NCBI GenBank assembly: GCA_050575255.1
Contig: JBNZDD010013665.1
Location: 1,496,135 to 1,560,134 of the forward strand
Reading direction: 5' to 3'
From: Harriotta raleighana
Taxonomy: Eukaryota
Length of the DNA stretch: 64,000 nt
A program made the translations under genes and the position numbers. Positions 61,217 through 64,000 of this stretch are shown piece after piece. Under the pieces are notes generated by a model. That model was not told where the DNA came from. It made no database searches and saw nothing but the letters and a program-made list of their open reading frames with translations. How positions within the stretch are numbered: position 1 is the stretch's first letter; each line of letters opens with the position of its first letter.

Positions 61217-62584
61217 CTACAAAGCCAGAAGGTGAATGTAGTTAGATAATGTTTCCCTCCTGTAATGAAACTTCATGTAAAATACTGTTTTTTTCAAACT
61301 AATAAATTGGAACCATCTCCCTCCTATCCCCATTCCCCCCCTCCCCCCCGCTCCCCCCAAAGTACTGCAAAACTAAATGTTAACAGCATAGAATCAAAGC
61401 TACTGTAGGCATCATGTAGAGCTGAGGCTCGTCAGCTGCTCAAAACACAAGCCACAGTTTCCTTATTAACGATAGGAAGCGATGGCTTCAGTTATTGCAC
61501 GGCTTCTAGATGTACAGCAATTTCCCCGCCCGCACCCAACACCTACTCAACACACTGTCCTGCCACATGGTAACAACAATTTACATTTATATAGTCCCTA
61601 ACAGCCCTACACAATACAAAAATAAACTGAGCAAAACATCACAGAAACTAAAATACAGTACTTTTAAACTACACAAAATGGTGGGTTGAAACAACTGAAG
61701 AAAATGGCGTGGGTAAACCAGCAGCCTCACACTGCAGCCTGGAGTTACTCTGCAGATATAGCCCAGTGACTGTACCAAAACATTGATTACAAATATATAG
61801 AAGTTAAAATTCTAACTGCCTTGCAACCCAACAGCAAAGGCACAGTTTCATATTGTACTACGTGCACACATACTCAAATTTGTGTTGATGTGATTAAATG
61901 ACATACACATTTGCTGAAACTGATGTGAAAGCTTTGAGTGATCAGTTGGGATCTGAATTAATTACTGGGCCAGACAGTGATGTGGTAGTAAGTAATCTGT
62001 CCCATTGATATCGTCAAAATATCTAAATACTCATTTTGCCAAATCCACGTCACTGATACAAAGCCTTTGCAGCTTGCATTCCCAATGGCAGTGCAGTGTC
62101 AGCCATAGGGAAAGGAGGGCTGGAGTATCTGTCCGGGTGATGTCCTCACCCTGGCAGTTTTACATTTGCATTTGTAAACAATAACAGAGCAAGCTCTGAG
62201 TGTGTTCTCACTCACGTGCCCTCCATGTGCTTTCGATTTATTGCCCATCTGCCATTACCATCAAAATACTGGAATTGGTCCAAGTATTTCACACTAAATC
62301 TTGGACTCCTCGCTGGCTCTCTAACAAAGCCTGCGCTTTTCTTTGAAATGCTGCCCAGTTTTATTTTGGGCTCTGACCTCCTGAATGAGTGTTGATTACT
62401 ATGTGCTGTGATTCACCGATGCTGTGTCAGGGCATGTATACCATGTCCTGTTGCACGTGTGGGCTCCACACATTTCGAAGAAACTATAACCTGAAGCATC
62501 CCTGTACACAACCGCATTCAGGCCAGCTTGCTCACAATCCCACCCTCGTCTACACTACTAGCCTTTAGGACTATTTGTTTCTCC

Positions 62585-62677
<93 letters not shown>

Positions 62678-64000
62678 NNNNNNNNNNNNNNNNNNNNNNN
62701 NNNNNNNNNNNNNNNNNNNNNNNNNNNNNNNNNNNNNNNNNNNNNNNNNNNNNNNNNNNNNNNNNNNNNNNNNNNNNNNNNNNNNNNNNNNNNNNNNNNN
62801 NNNNNNNNNNNNNNNNNNNNNNNNNNNNNNNNNNNNNNNNNNNNNNNNNNNNNNNNNNNNNNNNNNNNNNNNNNNNNNNNNNNNNNNNNNNNNNNNNNNN
62901 NNNNNNNNNNNNNNNNNNNNNNNNNNNNNNNNNNNNNNNNNNNNNNNNNNNNNNNNNNNNNNNNNNNNNNNNNNNNNNNNNNNNNNNNNNNNNNNNNNNN
63001 NNNNNNNNNNNNNNNNNNNNNNNNNNNNNNNNNNNNNNNNNNNNNNNNNNNNNNNNNNNNNNNNNNNNNNNNNNNNNNNNNNNNNNNNNNNNNNNNNNNN
63101 NNNNNNNNNNNNNNNNNNNNNNNNNNNNNNNNNNNNNNNNNNNNNNNNNNNNNNNNNNNNNNNNNNNNNNNNNNNNNNNNNNNNNNNNNNNNNNNNNNNN
63201 NNNNNNNNNNNNNNNNNNNNNNNNNNNNNNNNNNNNNNNNNNNNNNNNNNNNNNNNNNNNNNNNNNNNNNNNNNNNNNNNNNNNNNNNNNNNNNNNNNNN
63301 NNNNNNNNNNNNNNNNNNNNNNNNNNNNNNNNNNNNNNNNNNNNNNNNNNNNNNNNNNNNNNNNNNNNNNNNNNNNNNNNNNNNNNNNNNNNNNNNNNNN
63401 NNNNNNNNNNNNNNNNNNNNNNNNNNNNNNNNNNNNNNNNNNNNNNNNNNNNNNNNNNNNNNNNNNNNNNNNNNNNNNNNNNNNNNNNNNNNNNNNNNCC
63501 CCCCCCCCCCCCCCCCACACAGCCCCTACACCACCTTCGATTCCCCTTTCCATTGCAATTTTTAAAATATATATATTATATAAAAATAAAAATAATGGGA
63601 AGCTGTGTGTTTAAGATGCCAGACTCTGTGTGCCTGAACTAAGTTCAGAATGGCTTCTTCAGACAAAACCCTATAACAGCAACAATAACATGTATCTATA
63701 TAGAACCAGAAAGGGGAGAAAGCTCAAGCTGGGTACTGCCCGAGTGGCTGTAACACAATGTTGGCGATTACCGAATACCACACAGAGCAAGGATCAGCTT
63801 CTGCATCTTTCAGATACATTCCCATTCAATCCATTCTGGGATGATTCATGCTCTGCACTTTATAAGTGGGAGCAGACATGAAATTCTTCCAGGTTAGGTC
63901 ATCCACACTCACACTGAGCTCTCAGAAGACAATTGCCTCTCTTTCTCTCCCCCTTCTGTGTGATGCCAGGCTTGTAATGGATGCTCACTGTACCCGCAGC

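Noticed and set aside
62586-63516. Long poly-C tract / polyproline ORF
   Set aside because: Homopolymer flanking a gap, most likely a sequencing or assembly artefact.

Overview
Intron-containing vertebrate genomic DNA, probably from a cartilaginous fish (inferred from repeat types and gene divergence). It covers the conserved block GPATCH3 (last exon, +), GPN2 (+), ZDHHC18 (-), PIGV (-) and ARID1A (3' part, -). The interval between GPN2 and ZDHHC18, where mammals carry SFN, shows no 14-3-3 ORF. It instead holds a 16-exon + strand gene (about 8488-23900) that I assembled by hand from phase-consistent GT-AG splice sites into about 1061 aa. Its apparent domain order is: unassigned helical N-terminus, PYRIN-like segment, death domain, FIIND (ZU5 interrupted by an in-frame two-exon CARD-like cassette, then a putative autoproteolysis site SC|SL and UPA), PB1-like domain, C-terminal CARD. 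It looks like an unusual CARD8/NLRP1-related inflammasome or death-fold scaffold without NACHT or LRR. Domain calls come from by-eye alignment and were not confirmed by a search. The window also has two U12 minor introns (GT-AG in GPN2, AT-AC in ZDHHC18), many tRNA-derived SINEs, L2/CR1 LINE remnants, Tigger-like MITEs, three assembly gaps and a 1020-bp duplication that is probably an assembly artefact.
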